Of a stretch of 64,000 nt of DNA, positions 1-37,100 are shown in pieces. Location of the stretch: contig NW_015161956.1 of NCBI RefSeq assembly GCF_001447785.1, forward strand, positions 1,180,853 through 1,244,852, given 5' to 3'. Each line of letters begins with the position of its first letter. Position 1 is the first letter of the stretch. Below the pieces are notes generated by a model. The model worked only from the letters and a program-made list of their open reading frames with translations, was not told the DNA's origin and did not search any database. Origin of the DNA: Gekko japonicus (lineage: Eukaryota). The position numbers were made by a program, and so were the translations under genes.

Positions 1-671
1 GGGAAGGAAAGCATCTGGGATAATCATGCACGCCTATATTTGATAATCACAGGTTGAAGTCAACATGAAAAGAGAGCGATTGGGAATGAACATGGCGGTC
101 CCAACCCTGTTCACAACCAAATGTGCTGGCCCCACCCCCACCCTTTCATAGCTGTTGGAACGTTCAAGCAACTGAACACAGATGGAGGGTGGAACCAGTG
201 CATGCGTTTGCACTCCCCGTCTACATGCACTGGCGTCTTTCTATATATCACTGTCAGGATCCCCTCCTCCCCTGAGAACAGATTCCTCATCTAAGGGGAG
301 TGGGAGGGAAAAGACTACCCCTTTGACCAAGTCCAGCAAGTTCAGGAGACACATAGAAAGGGAAGGACTACTTTCACTAGAGCTACCTGTGTAAAGATCA
401 TTGCTGGCTATGATAACTTTCAACCATTCTTGGTCCAGCTACCTGACAGAGACCGCAGCTCCGTCTTGGGGGCAGTTGAATTGCTAAGTGACAAGTCAGC
501 TGGTGGGCCCAGCTGTTTCCTCTTTTAAAGGAGCTGTTTCTTTGTTCAAGCATCCAGAAGATCTAAGCTAGAACTGTCAGGGGTACATATAGGTATGAAT
601 GTGAATTCTATGTGTAGATTGCAGTGTGCAGCAATCCATTATATGAGGGAGCCCCCTTCATGTACACACAT

Positions 672-768
672 TGGCACCGGGGTTTTGGCCATTGTGTGAC
701 ACAGAGTATTGGACTGGATGGGCCATTAGCCTGATCCAACATGGCTTCTCTTATGTTCTTATGTTCTT
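672..768 (+). mobile_element. CR1 LINE 3' end fragment
   Basis: tggactggatgggcca...cctgatccaacatggcttctc followed by a (TTATGTTC)2 tail. Confidence 0.7.
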
Positions 769-1580
769 TAGTTATACACGTGCTGAGATGCTGCAGCCAG
801 TTCTGAGCACACGTTGAATATAATGACTACTGACTACATCTTGAACACTGCATGTTCTGACAAGGGAAACACTAAGAGAAAATGGTTTCCCTTAATTTAA
901 ACAAATTGCTTTTCATAAAAAAAGAGAAAAAAATAAAGACAAAAGCAACCCTTCCTTTGTCCTGAGGCTTGTTGTGTTCAGACATCAGCCGCACCTAACA
1001 TATGTGGCCAAGCCTATAAAAGCTTGAAAGTAAACCTGCGTTAGAGAAAATGCTGACAGCCTAAAATGATAGATCTGTAAAAATAATGACAGTTTGTTGT
1101 AGTCCTGAGCTTGGTGGAAAATAAAAGTTGCTTACTTTCCAGAAATAGCTAGCTGGGTACTGAATAGGCATTTTTCTGTGCTTCCTCTGCGTGTGAATAA
1201 TCTAGGGCAGCTTGTTAGTGTTTCTCAGTGCATGGGTGTGGGTGGGGAATATCATTAACAGTTTTAATGGTTTGATTTGGGGGAATTGCTTTCAAGTTTC
1301 ACCCTTGGCATGCAAGAAGAATATAGGCAAGCCATACATCCTGTTGCATTCGCCCCATTTAGGGCAAATCCAGAATGTTCCTACTGTTCCCTTCGCTGCT
1401 GCTGCTGTACTGTCCAATATTTATTTCATGCCAACTGTGTTTTTAACACCTCTTATAGAAGCATTCTGATTGCTAGGTCACCATGTGATAGGGAAGACCA
1501 TGTGATTGATAGATAGATAGATTTCTAGTCACTCTGCCACAGTTACTGCTAGAATTACCAGCATGTTCAGTAGGACCACT

Positions 1581-1810
1581 AGAGTCAGGGTGGAGTAGTG
1601 GTTAAAGTATCAGACTAGGATCTGGGAGACCCAAGTTCGAATCCTCATTCTGCCATGGAAGCTTGCTTTGTAACCATGGGCCAGTCACACAGTCTTAGCC
1701 TAGCCCACTCACAAGGTTGTGAGGGTAAAATGAAGGAGGTGAGCACAGTGTAAGTGGCTTTGAGACACCACTAGGGAGAAAGGCAGGGAGAAAGGAAGTA
1801 AATAAATAAT
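1581..1810 (+). mobile_element. tRNA-derived SINE (Squam3-like)
   Basis: A box tggagtagtggtt, B box gttcgaatcc, (TAAA)n tail. Confidence 0.75.
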
Positions 1811-2113
1811 ACAAGTGGACAGTTTTGTGTGTGAAGAGAGAAAAAGCAGAAGGAAACCATCAAACTTGAAAAGTGTTCACGTTATTATTTGTTGTGCTGG
1901 GTAACAGATAGCCTCTTTTATCCAAATAGCCTTGGAGACCCCCACCACCCCAATACCTGGGTAATCAAAAGTTGAGATCAATGCAGTAATTGTTTGCATG
2001 GACCTATGATGTTGGTTCACTAGGGACAGCAAATACCCAGTTTGTAATAATAGGGATTTCTGATAGTCAAGTTCTGGGTATCAAAAGGTTCTATTATAGA
2101 CCATGTAGCCAGT

Positions 2114-2980
2114 GTTCTGTGCACCTCGGCATTTAGTCATGCTGACCACATGACCACGGAAAAGTCTTCAGACAGCACTGGCTCTTTGGCTTGGAAACAG
2201 ACAGGGCCGGCTCAAGGTGTTTCAGTGCCCTAGGTGAAACTAACTCCCCCCCAGGCAAGGCTGCCTTCTGGCGCCCCCCTCACCTTGTTTCCCCCCCCCC
2301 GCCGCCGCATGCCTTTCTGGCACTCAAGCCAGGTGCATCAGGTGCGGGGGGAGAGGGGGCTACAAGGCTCTTCGGAGGGCAGCCCTTCTGCTTTTTCTCC
2401 CCCCCCCACCCGCTTCCCCCATCTCTTCTTCCCCCCGGGGGACCGGGACTCCACCAGCCGCATGTGCCCTGTCCCCTCACTCCCCGCGGGGGTGGCACCA
2501 AGGAGACTCACCGAGGGCGGTGTGGAGGAGTCATCGGAGGAGGAATCGGCGGCGGGTCTGCTCCAGCCCCCTCTATGCACCACGCACGCCTACCTGAGCC
2601 GCCCTGCCGCTGGGCCCTTCAGGCGGCGCCATCCTCCTCCTCCCTGCCCTGCAGGCCACCTGCGCCTCAGGACAGGCCCCGATTGCAGCAAGGGGGGGTG
2701 CTTCCTCCCTCCTTGCTTTCTTCCCCGCCCACTTCTGGGCGCACTGGGTGCTGGACTCAGGGTGAAAGAGGTGGAGGCGGTGTCCCCCAGTCAGGGACTA
2801 GATGCATGCAGGGCTTTTGGGGGGGCGGGGGCAGTTTGGTGCCCCTAAGGGCCAGCCTGCTCTAGGCGAACGCCTAGTTCGCCTAGTAAGCGAGCCAGCC
2901 CTGGAAACAGAGATGAGCACCGCCTCCTAGACTTGGATTCAACTGGCTTTTGAGCAAGGGAAACCTTTACCTTTTACTTT
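2114..2980 (+). mobile_element. 3' half of a Sauria SINE interrupted by a hAT MITE
   Basis: 2114-2201 and 2912-2980 align to the reverse complement of the intact copy at 16340-16688; ACCTTT-type tail. Confidence 0.75.
2202..2903. mobile_element. Non-autonomous hAT DNA transposon (702 bp, GC-rich)
   Basis: TIRs CAGGGCCGGCTC / GAGCCAGCCCTG; perfect 8-bp TSD GAAACAGA (2194-2201, 2904-2911). Confidence 0.88.
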
Positions 2981-3960
2981 AGCCAGAAGAAGCATCTTCT
3001 GGAGTAGCACTGAGACAGAACAAGAGATGTGTAACTGCTCTGTTGTCACCATTTGATGCAATCAAGTATGTGGTATAACTCTGTAATACCTTCCATTTAA
3101 TTCATTGAGAATGTGTCATACCAAGCTTCTCCACCTTTACCAGAAACATAATTACCATTCAGCAATCAGATTTTCTCCTGTCTGAGAAGCAGCTTAGGTC
3201 GATTAGCAATTTAGTTTCATACTGTTTACGGAGTAGGTCTCAGACAGCCCAATTATGCCAGCCTAATGTCATTACAATCCTTTGCCCGGCCTGCAGCAGA
3301 AGTGAAATGATACCAGTCAGAACTAGAGATAACATAGCAATTCTGACAGCTGCTCCCACAGCATCCCTGGCAGCACCATCACCGCTACTGCCCACTTGCA
3401 CTCATGATCTCTGACTCCACCCCCATATTAGGCATGCATGGAGTGTAACTGTCAGCACATGGTGATGCCCAAGTAACCCTGGCCATGATGTCACATTAGT
3501 CTACCCACTTTCCCATCAAGAAGAGCAGTAGAGAACTCCATTGTGCAATTGGTAGGAAGGCATCAGTTGATACCTACAGACAGAAGATAGTGTTTCTGCA
3601 TTCTGGGTTTTACTCCTTGACCATCTCAGATGCAAGAGCAGCAGGCTGTATACCACTGGCCTGATGACAATGGAATAACCAGAGCCATAAAGGGAAAGAT
3701 GAAATGTTACTGCAGTCCTAATAGGCAGCCAGCTCCATAGTCCAACAGTTAAGAGGAGGCCTAGGTGGACTCGTACAGAAGCTGTATGCAAAGTTTTAAA
3801 GTTTATTTCTGTTTCCATGTAAAGAGAGTGTGCATTTTACAAGGAGCCACATACACAAGGAAGAAGGATCACTACAATACTGTTCTCACAGGAGGCAGCT
3901 ATAGGCAGCTCAGTGAGAAAGAATGATGCATTGAGAAGTCCAGGATATGGGCTTTGAGTC

Positions 3961-4656
3961 TGTCCTGCTCCAAAGGTCATGGGATGAACAGACCAGGCGC
4001 CGGGGACCCCGACAGACCCTGTGAGGCCCCCTACACACAACTCACCAGGCAGGACGTGTGCCGGCAGTCTGGGGAGGGGGCCATGAGCGGTGGCCCATCA
4101 CCCATCATGCTGCGTTGGCCAGGCCCGGAGACAGGCCCGGGGCCCACGGGACAATGACGCGGAGGAGGGGAGGGGCGGCGGCAGCTTCCCCAGCGAGCCA
4201 AGAGCAAGCGTGGAGCAGCAGGTGCGATCGCGGGGTGGTGGCAGTGCGGCCCAGAGGCTGCCAGCACAACCGCACTCGCACCTGGGATGCCCCACCAGCA
4301 TCCAGGTGGATAAAGGAGGGCGTGGCCAAAGTCAGAGGGTGGATGGGTGGTCCTGGGAGCAGGGCGGGGAGATAAAAGGCAGGGTTGGAGAAGGGGCGGG
4401 AAAGGAGGCGTGCACTGAGGAGCGGAGTGGGGCTGTGACAGAGAGAAAGACAAGGGACGGCTGCAGCACACTGGCAGAGAGAAGACTCACGGGGTGACGT
4501 TAACCCTGTCCCCTGCCTGTCTGAGGCCCCTCACTCCCTCTCCCCTTATGAGAACCTGACGCTCCAAGGACTGTCTCCCCAACCAGAGTCAGGTCGTGAG
4601 CACTGACACCACGGCCACTGGGGGCGCCGCACCAGAGCACAAGGGGGAGCCTGACA
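3961..4656 (+). mobile_element. Solo LTR (GC-rich, probably Gypsy)
   Basis: Imperfect inverted termini TGTCCTGCTCC...GGAGCCTGACA (TG...CA); flanks GAGTC/GAGCC; internal TATA-like GATAAAAGG near 4370. Confidence 0.6.
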
Positions 4657-4667
4657 GAGCCCTGCCC

Positions 4668-7600
4668 ATCCATCCATTTTTATTGCTCATAGACCCATAA
4701 GTCATAAGCAAATAGGATATAATACAACATATATACATGCAATACATTACAATTACAGTTACAATTTCACAAAATTGAGTAATTTGGTTACCAAATATAT
4801 ATATTAACTGCCTAAAAGAGTCAATTCATTTAATACCACCCAGGGTTAAAAATAAAAACTTTGCCACTGCCAATGTCACATTTGGATCAGTATCAGCTAA
4901 GAGATTAGCTACAAGTTCCTGATTAGTAGCAGGGCTCCATTTTTGAATATACACTGAGATCCATCTGTCATGAGCCATATTGTGTTTTCTGCAATCAATG
5001 AAAGAATGCCAAATTGTATCCAAATCACCTGAATTACAATTACAATGTTGTTCTGAACGAGGGGTCCCTAGGAATCTGCCCGCTAGTTCCCCAAGAGGTG
5101 AAACATTTAATCTTGCCTTGGAAAACAATATTCTATATTTGGGGATCGTCAAAGATTTACAGTAAGAGGGCAAAGATTCTGGAATCGGAAGACCTTAATA
5201 ATACAAAGAACAGACCCGTCGAGCTCGGCAACTTGTACTCCATTTATCTAAGCGTAAAACACTAGATTTAATTTGCTCCTCGCAGAAAGGTAGTCTACTT
5301 GACTGAAAAATTCAGGGGGAAATCCTAAACTTTGTAATCTGCCATCAACCAATTTCAGCCATGAACTTCGAAAACTGTCCTTAGCTAAAAGGTGCAAATA
5401 ACATCCCTCTAAGAATAGAGTATTTTTAGCCTAAAGAAAAAAGTTGCCATCCAAGCCTTTGTTTCTAAGGACTGCTCAGCAAATTCCACACAAATAGCTG
5501 GACCAGATACACATGAGGAGAGATTAGACAGAGAACAAAGAAAAGAGGTTAAACAGGAGTCTAACTTGTCGTTGACCCTAGTAATAAATAAAGGAGCACC
5601 ATAGAGTAATTGGGAAACCACTTTTGCGTGATAAGCATGAATGCCAGCAGGTAAAAAGTTACTGCCCGTAGTCCGTAAAAATGTTAAGAGAGCAGATGAA
5701 TGTATTGATGCCAGCTTCTTAGTGGCAGTAATATGAGTTTTCCAGGACAAATTATAAGGAAAAAGCACACCCAAATAACAAAAGGAATTAACCTGTTCGA
5801 TCGACTGGCCATTTATTAACCAAGAAAAACGGCGAGGCAGTACACCTTTAGAAAAATCAACTACTTTGGTTTTGGAGTATTTTATGTCCAGTAGGTCCTG
5901 AGAGCAGTAAAATGCAAAAGTGTTCATCAAACGTTTCAGCCCAACATATGACCGAGATAACAACATGGCATCGTCAGCATAAAATAAATTTGATATAGGT
6001 TTTTGAGACAGGTGGGGAGGATGGAAGGATTCACCAGAAAGGTGGTTTTCAATGTCATTAATATAGAGGTTAAATAAAAAAGGCGCTAATAGGCAGCCCT
6101 AACACCTCTATTAATTTTAATCATTTTAGACAGTTGGCCTTTACTCCCACACCTCACCTGTGTGGTGTTGTTTTGGTAAAACTTGTGAATTAGCCAAAGT
6201 AGGCGATGATCCATACCAGCTTTTGTAAGCTTTTCCCACAATCTGGCACGAGGAATTGCATAAAAAGCCCTTTTCAAGTCAATGAAGGCAACATATAGTT
6301 TACCTCCCGAAGGATTAATATACTTCTCAATCACATGAGCAAGTACTGCACAATGATCAATGTTAGAAGTCTGACTCTTAAAACCAATCTGAGAGGGCAT
6401 AAGGACTTGTTTCTCTAAGAGCCAAGTCCGTAATTTAATCAATAAATAGGAGGTAAATAATTTGCCCACACAAGAAAGCAGACGAATTGGTCTGTAATTG
6501 TCAGGTTTGGAATAATCACCTTTTTAATGTATCGGAACAACTATTGAATTTAACCAGATTTCGGTATGAAGCCAGAATGGCAAATGTTAGAAAAAAAGGG
6601 AGCCAAGATCTTACTCCAGCCTGGAATATTACTCTTAAAGAGTTCATTTACTATATAATCAGGGCCAGGTGCTTTGCCAGTTTTAAGCTTGGTAATGAAG
6701 CTAGCTATTTCTTTCTCTGTTATTGGAGACCAGGAAGGGAGATTATCTGATAAGCTATGTACACTAGTATCAGCAGGTAAAGTAGTAGAGCCGAAAATCT
6801 CTGCAAAATAGTTCTCCCAAACAGTAGGAGAAATATGACAGTGTAATCTAGAGCCGTGATCAAGTTGGAGCATCATGGTTGTTTATAGCCATAATCAATC
6901 TATACCAACTTTCTTTCAAAGAGCTTCTTTTTAAAAAACCTAATCAGGTGCTTTAGCTGCCTCTTACGATTGATCAGAGTAGCCAATAAACTCTCAGAGT
7001 TCATACACCTGTAGGCTCTGGAAATTCTACATATTTCTTTACGAGCATGATAACAATCTCTGTCGAACCATTTTTTTCCCCTAAAAAGAGGTTGTGGCTT
7101 TAGTTGTGTTACCCTTTTAAACAACAAATGGTCAAAAAGGTGAAACACTTACTCCAAAATCACTGTTTGTTTAATAAATGAAGGCTCATTAAAAAGTTGT
7201 GACATAAGGCTCTGTCCGAATAAAAGATGGCATAGGCCTCATTTGATTTATTGACATCCCATTGGGCTCTTTTTAAAATCTGACCTGAATTTATTAATCC
7301 TACCTCAGGTTCTTGTTCAAGTTTCTCGCCGAAGGGTAGTATTACTTCCAGATGGAGAGGCAGGTGGTCGCTACCCAATGGTTCACCTACCCTAAATTTA
7401 GAACAGTAGGGTAGGAGACTAAAAGAGACCGAACAGAAATTGACCACACTACCACCATTTCCATTAATCTTAGTAAATTCTCCCTGATCCCCTAATTTAC
7501 TGAATCCATTTAAAATATTAAATCCCAGTTTGATGGTGGAGTGAAAAAATATCTTTCCCCTAGTATTTATTTTTTGATCCTTCGAGATTCTGTGTAAGAT

Positions 7601-9139
7601 CAGAAGATCCCACACATCATTGTCAAGTCCATAGATGGAAAAAAGGATGGGTTCATTACTGCTACCTATGCGTGCATTCATGTCCCCAGTTAACAAAGAG
7701 AGCACCTTCGAATAGACGTGTAGGATAGAAGAGATTTTACACTCTATATCTTTCCATAGACAAGAATAATCAATATAGATAGACCTGGCAGGATATAAAT
7801 AGTAAACAAGAACAGGGGATGGGCCTCAAAGTTGAGTTTAACAGTTCCCTAACCCTAACCCTTATGATCTTCTTTACATCAATCTTGATGGCCGGTACCC
7901 CCAATAAAAAGGATAAGTGGCACTTGACCTGCCACTTAGAAGACCAAAAAATGGTTTTCCCTCTATATGGAGAGATTTCAAGGAGAACAGTAAAAGGGAC
8001 ATATTTAACAGAATCTAGGTCATCACTCAGATAATCCCTATTTTTGGAGGGCTCCTCCTTGGGTGAACAGATTTTATTTGCATTTGTATTTATCTCAGAT
8101 TTAGCACACTTGGTATTACAGGTGCAGGAACTGCAATTCTTTGTAATAGAATCCAAACTGCTGAAAACCTTCTGCAGAGTGTCAACAGAAGGGTCTGTGA
8201 GGCTAAAATCTGGAGTAAATCTGAGGAGCAAGGATAAGTGCCACTTATCCTTTTTATTTAGCATTAGTATTGTGAGTACCATCAGCAGTATGGTCATCAG
8301 CATTAGGCAAAGAAGTATGACTTAAATCCAAAGGTGAATAAAGGCTGTTTTCTTCATGCTCCAAAACATCAAATCTATTAGATTTTGGGAAAGCATCAAA
8401 GAAGTCATCTAATTTACTCTGTTTGCTTTGCTTCCGAGAAAAATCTTCTTCTTGGTCACCAAATGGATATCGTCTTTTTTTTACTCATAGTTTGGCTTGA
8501 AGCAAAACAAGTTCAGAAATGCAGGTGGCTCCAATTAAGTGAATTTCACCAAGAGAGGGGGAAATGTAGTCTTTGCTCTGGGTATCAGAACAAAACCCAC
8601 ACGACAAAAAGGCTTTAGTAAAAAAATAAAATAAATAAAGTAAATAAAATAAATAAAGTAAACAAGCAGAAAAAGAAATAATAGTGCAGTAACAAACACT
8701 GACTAATAGTCCTTATAAGGACCAAGTGCGGAGCTTAACTAGAGTTCATTACTTTAAATATTAAAAATACTTGACTAAGACAAGGCTAAACTAAAATGCT
8801 AATAACAGTAAACACCAGTGGAAGATTAAGAGTCCTTGAAATAACCCAAATCAACTCCCACTCTAATAAAACAAACCAAAACCAGAGGGAGATCTAAGAA
8901 AAACACAGAGAATTAAAAACTAAATGTTGCGGTTAACTGGCAAGCAGCAAACGCCAAATGCCAAGCTCCCGAAGAGCCAACACAAAATCCCAATCACATA
9001 ACCAATAAACGAACAATGGACAAACAATAAATAAGCAAATACACATAAACAAAGGGCAGATAAAACGGAGCTCAAATGCAACACAACACTTCCCTCTCAG
9101 CTGCAGACTGGAAATCACATCCTTCAGCTATGAATTCTT
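4668..9139 (-). mobile_element. Near full-length degraded LINE (RTE-X-like): 5'UTR, ORF1, partial APE, RT, C-terminal Cys/His motif
   Basis: APE motifs GDMNARIG and GSDHLPL; RT motifs KAPGPD, FIDLKRAF and YADD; 3' AATAAA plus (TGGA)n tail; 11-bp TSD GAGCCCTGCCC (4657-4667, 9140-9150); many frameshifts. The clade is inferred. Confidence 0.88.
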
Positions 9140-9255
9140 GAGCCCTGCCCTGGGTAAATGGTGAAGTGACTTCTGCAAAGCCAAAACTACCTTTTAGGGA
9201 TTTGCTGGGAAGAGTCACATTAGATGCAAAAGGCATTGTACTAATACTCAAATTC

Positions 9256-9420
9256 ATAAGAACATAAGAAGAGCCCTATAGGATCAGACCAGTGGCCCAT
9301 CTAATCTAGCATCCTGTCCCACACAGCAGTCAACCTGTTGCCCTGGACAGTCAACAAACAAGGCACAGAGGCCAAGGCCTTTCCCTGATGTTGCCTCCCA
9401 GTACTGGTAATCGGAGGGCC
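9256..9420 (-). mobile_element. CR1 LINE 3' fragment
   Basis: cataagaacataagaa tail followed by ggatcagaccagtggcccatcta. Confidence 0.65.
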
Positions 9421-9698
9421 ATTATAATTTCCTAGGAGTCCAGCCAACCCATGCCACCCTCCCCTTCCTACTGTTCCTGGAACTCAGGTAGCACAGCTGT
9501 ATAGCCAGAACTGAAGCACCTCCATTTCTGGCTGCATAGGTTAGCATACAGAAGTCCCAGGTTCAGTCCTGAGATACAGCATCACAGGAGAAAAAGTTGT
9601 GAAAATCTATTCATACTTAACGCAGTGCAGTGATATATCCGATGAAAGAAAGTGGTACAAAGAACAGTGGCCTTGCTAAGGTAGCTGTCTAACTCAGT

Positions 9699-9925
9699 GA
9701 GAGCCAGTATGGTGTAGTGGTTAAGAGTGGCAGACTCTAATCTGGAGAACCGGGTTTGATTCTCCACTCCTCCACATGAAGCCTGCTGGGTGACCTTGGG
9801 TCAGTCACAGCTCTCTCAGAACTATCTCATGGGGTGTCTGTTGTGGGGAGAGGAAGGGAGGCCAATTGTAAGCAACTCTGAGACTCCTTTAGGTAGTGAA
9901 GAGTGGGGTATAAAAACCAACTACT
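9699..9925 (+). mobile_element. tRNA-derived SINE (Squam3-like)
   Basis: gagccagtatggtgtagtggttaag head, gggtttgattctc B box, L2-like tail. Confidence 0.78.
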
Positions 9926-10325
9926 ACTCCTCTTCCTCCTCCATCTTCTTTCTCCTTCTGCTCTTGCCTTTCATTTTGCCCAGCCCCCTTTATTTATTTA
10001 TACATATTAGTCTACCTGTGCCTTGTGGTCTACAAATCCAAATTAAAACAATACTCAATATGGTAAAACCCTGTTAACACCTCCCCCAAGAAAAGGCTGG
10101 CAGCCTAGACCCCATTAAAAGATCTAGCAAATAAAACAGCCTAACAGCGCTTACTGAAAACTTCCGAGGATGGTTCAGTTGTCATCTCCACAAAATGGGA
10201 ACCACTACTGAAAAGGACCAGGCTTTGGTAGAGGCCAAGTGGGCAACCTTAAGCCATTTTCTGTTTTAAGGAGGCATGTTTGAGGTGCATCTTGCTTTCT
10301 CACAGAGGTTTTCTTTTCTATCCAG

Positions 10326-34140
<23,815 letters not shown>

Positions 34141-37100
34141 TCTGAAAGGGGAAAAAAGGACATTTTTCTCTCCTCCAATAAGATGTTTTTTCCTCTGTGA
34201 TCACATGGCACTGCTTTATACAAGACAGTTGTAGGCCACTTTGAAGCAGCGTAGGTAGCTATCATGTGAGCTCCTTCTGTAACTGCCTACAGCTGTTTGG
34301 TTGCTATGGCTGATCTTTCAAAAGGGTTGTGGGTCCTCCTGATCACCTCTTGGCCTTCTGATGGGAGGCTCAGCCGTGGGAGAGGCCCCAGCTATTACAG
34401 CCAGTGAATGCTTATTTGCCCACAGAATTCTCACTAAGTACTGGAGTCAAGTGGGATGATAGTCAGTATTCTGCTTCTTGTAGGTCCCCCCCCCCCCGGG
34501 TTCTGGGAAAACACGACTGGGACCAGCATATCTGGACATTATTATCTGGCAGGTAATCATATGGATTTACACTCTCCTTCAGGGCATGAGGGGGGGAAGC
34601 CTCCTTTAGCAGTACTGCCTAGACCTCTTGTCTACCTCAGTGGTTCTCAACCAATGGGATCTATATGGCTGCTTCTGTGCAGTGAAGAAACATTCTGCCC
34701 TTTTCTTACAGTGGTGTTCTGTGGACAGGCATAGGCATCCCTCAAGCCTTACTAAGCAGCTGAACAACAAAATTCCAGCCCCACACTCCACAGGGCCTGC
34801 GTATTGACTTTCTGTACTTTAGCTTTGACATAGAATCAGTTATGATCAAGGTTGCCATTGAGAGCAAAACTAAGAGGGTGATAAATGCAGATGGACATGA
34901 ACCAAGATTCAAACATTTTAAGAGAACAGTGTAGACAAAGCTGGCACTGTGTGGAATCAATTGATACTAAATCATGCAAAGAGAGGAAAAGCAAAATGCA
35001 TATACAAAGCAGAGGTCTATAGTGAGTGTAGGAGGCAGTGCTTTAATGAAAAACAGAATTTCTTTTTCCTTTCTTTTTGAGGGGGTCTATCCTGCTGCCT
35101 AAATTTTTCCTTATAAACAAACAGTACCTTATAGGAGGGAAATTGGTAAACTGACACCATGAGAAAAATGCCACAGGTGTCTTCTGTGTGAAGAAAGGGT
35201 TTGAGAATCGCTGGATTACCTGATTCGAGGCTCTTCTGTCATTCTACACAAGTTCAGCTGCTTTAAAACATAGCTTCGCCTATTTGGGGCAACATTCCAG
35301 AGGGATATACTCAAGTTTTTTAAGGTCTCGTTTTTCAATTAGCCCATATGATTAATTGCAAAGGAGAATAACACATACTCTTTTTTTAAAAAAAGATGAA
35401 TACATGTGGAAATCAATATTTTTTGTACAGCTGTTCCTAACATAGAATATGACACCTTATCAAGGCTGCCTGAATTTTTTGCATACTCAAATTCTTCTTT
35501 CCTGTTTGAAGGACTCCCTGATGCCATGATACTCAGCATGCAACAGAATCACATCAGATGTGATGCCAGTGAAGTTAGATACTTGTCTGTCGAACTGATT
35601 TCCAAGAGAGTACAAATGCTTCACGCTGTTCCATTGAAATCTACAGAACTTAAAATGCTTGATTTTGGCTCAAACATCCCCAATTGTTTGCAGGTGGGCA
35701 GATCCTTCAGAAGCTGTCTGCACCACCAAATTGCACAGACAGTTAAAAAAAACACTGACAGAACGTCTTGTTATTCATGCTTACTTGTTAGATATCTAGT
35801 TCAACACTTACTGAGTAGCCATTTCTTCCTGTCACTTGTAGAAATAGGTAACCTAAAATTATTGAAGCTGAAGTCACCAATCAAGTCCTCTTGAGGGACA
35901 GCAAGAGGCCCCTTCTACAAATCACTTAACCCTATCATGTCTTAATCTTTCTTGTTCACATAAATAGGATGATTGAAGATAGTGACAAGTGGTCATTTAT
36001 ATCTTTTACATTTACTCTGCCAGAGAATGTAATTCATATAAATAAAAACCATCCTTCACCATCATTAAGAAATAGAAGGGGGGGGGGTGCAGTGTATGCA
36101 CTGTTCTCAGTTACTCTCCTTCCATTCTATGGAACAAAGTAAATTCACTGTCCTGAGCACGACTATACGTTGGGGGAACCTGTGCACCCTACAAATAATG
36201 GGGCACATCATCAGGGAGAGATTTATACATACACACATCCCAACTGTTATCAGTGACTTCCCTTTACTTTCTGCCATGTAAAGATGTATTTTTCATTCAA
36301 ACTTGTGAACTAAGTGTTCACTTTGCCCTTACTACCACATACCATAGTGCAATTCAAAACATTTACTCCCTTTTAAGCCCATTGACTTAAATAGATTTAG
36401 AAAGGTATAACTCTGTTTAGGATTGTACAGATAACACTACACAATCCTAAATACACTTACTAGGGAATAAATCCCATTGAACTCAATGAGCTTTACTTCT
36501 GAGTATGCAGGCTTGGGATTGCCCTGAAAGCAATCATTAAGGGCCAAAGTAGACATGATGGCACCCGTTTGTTTATTCACATGTTTGTCCCATTAATTAA
36601 GGGGGAGATGGGTTTTAATTTTTTAAAACAACAGTAGATACATGTAGCAAAGCAGAGGGGGTCCCTCGTCTGCCTTATCTCACTAGGCATTTGCTCTAGG
36701 CATTTTTCTTCCCAACCCAGCACTGATACTATAAGTGACACAGGCCAGGGGAGAAATGCTTGAAATGACAGAGCAGAGGTAAGTCAGGTTAGGGAGAGTT
36801 CAGCTCTGCTTAACATTAAAAAAAATTAGATACATGCACCACTCAGAGTCCACATGTGAACAATCAAAATGACTTTCCCCTCTCAGAGTGACTGCCTCCT
36901 AAGGTCCCCTGGGGAGGGTTGCAGGGAAGAGGGACAATGTACTGCATTGTTTACTGGATCTTGTAATAGACGAGCACATTCTTCCCTTCTTCGGCTGCTT
37001 TTACAAGAGGATGTGAAAAGATGCCCCTGCTGTGGAAGCAGCCATGAGTAGGGTGGAAGTATACAAGGACAGCAGCTGCATCCCCTGTCCCAGCACTATT

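Noticed and set aside
2191-2865. 224-aa and 204-aa Pro/Gly-rich ORFs
   Set aside because: They lie within a GC-rich MITE bounded by TIRs and a TSD; stop-poor composition explains them, and no domain is recognisable
4031-4497. Cluster of overlapping ORFs on both strands
   Set aside because: GC-rich solo LTR; no coding signature
1-10325. TYRO3 ectodomain (Ig/FN3) exons
   Set aside because: I searched by eye for FN3-type sequence (e.g. GPWS) with splice sites and found none; they are probably upstream of the window
35406-35894. 162-aa ORF downstream of the TYRO3 stop
   Set aside because: GTG start, no recognisable homology or splice context; probably 3'UTR
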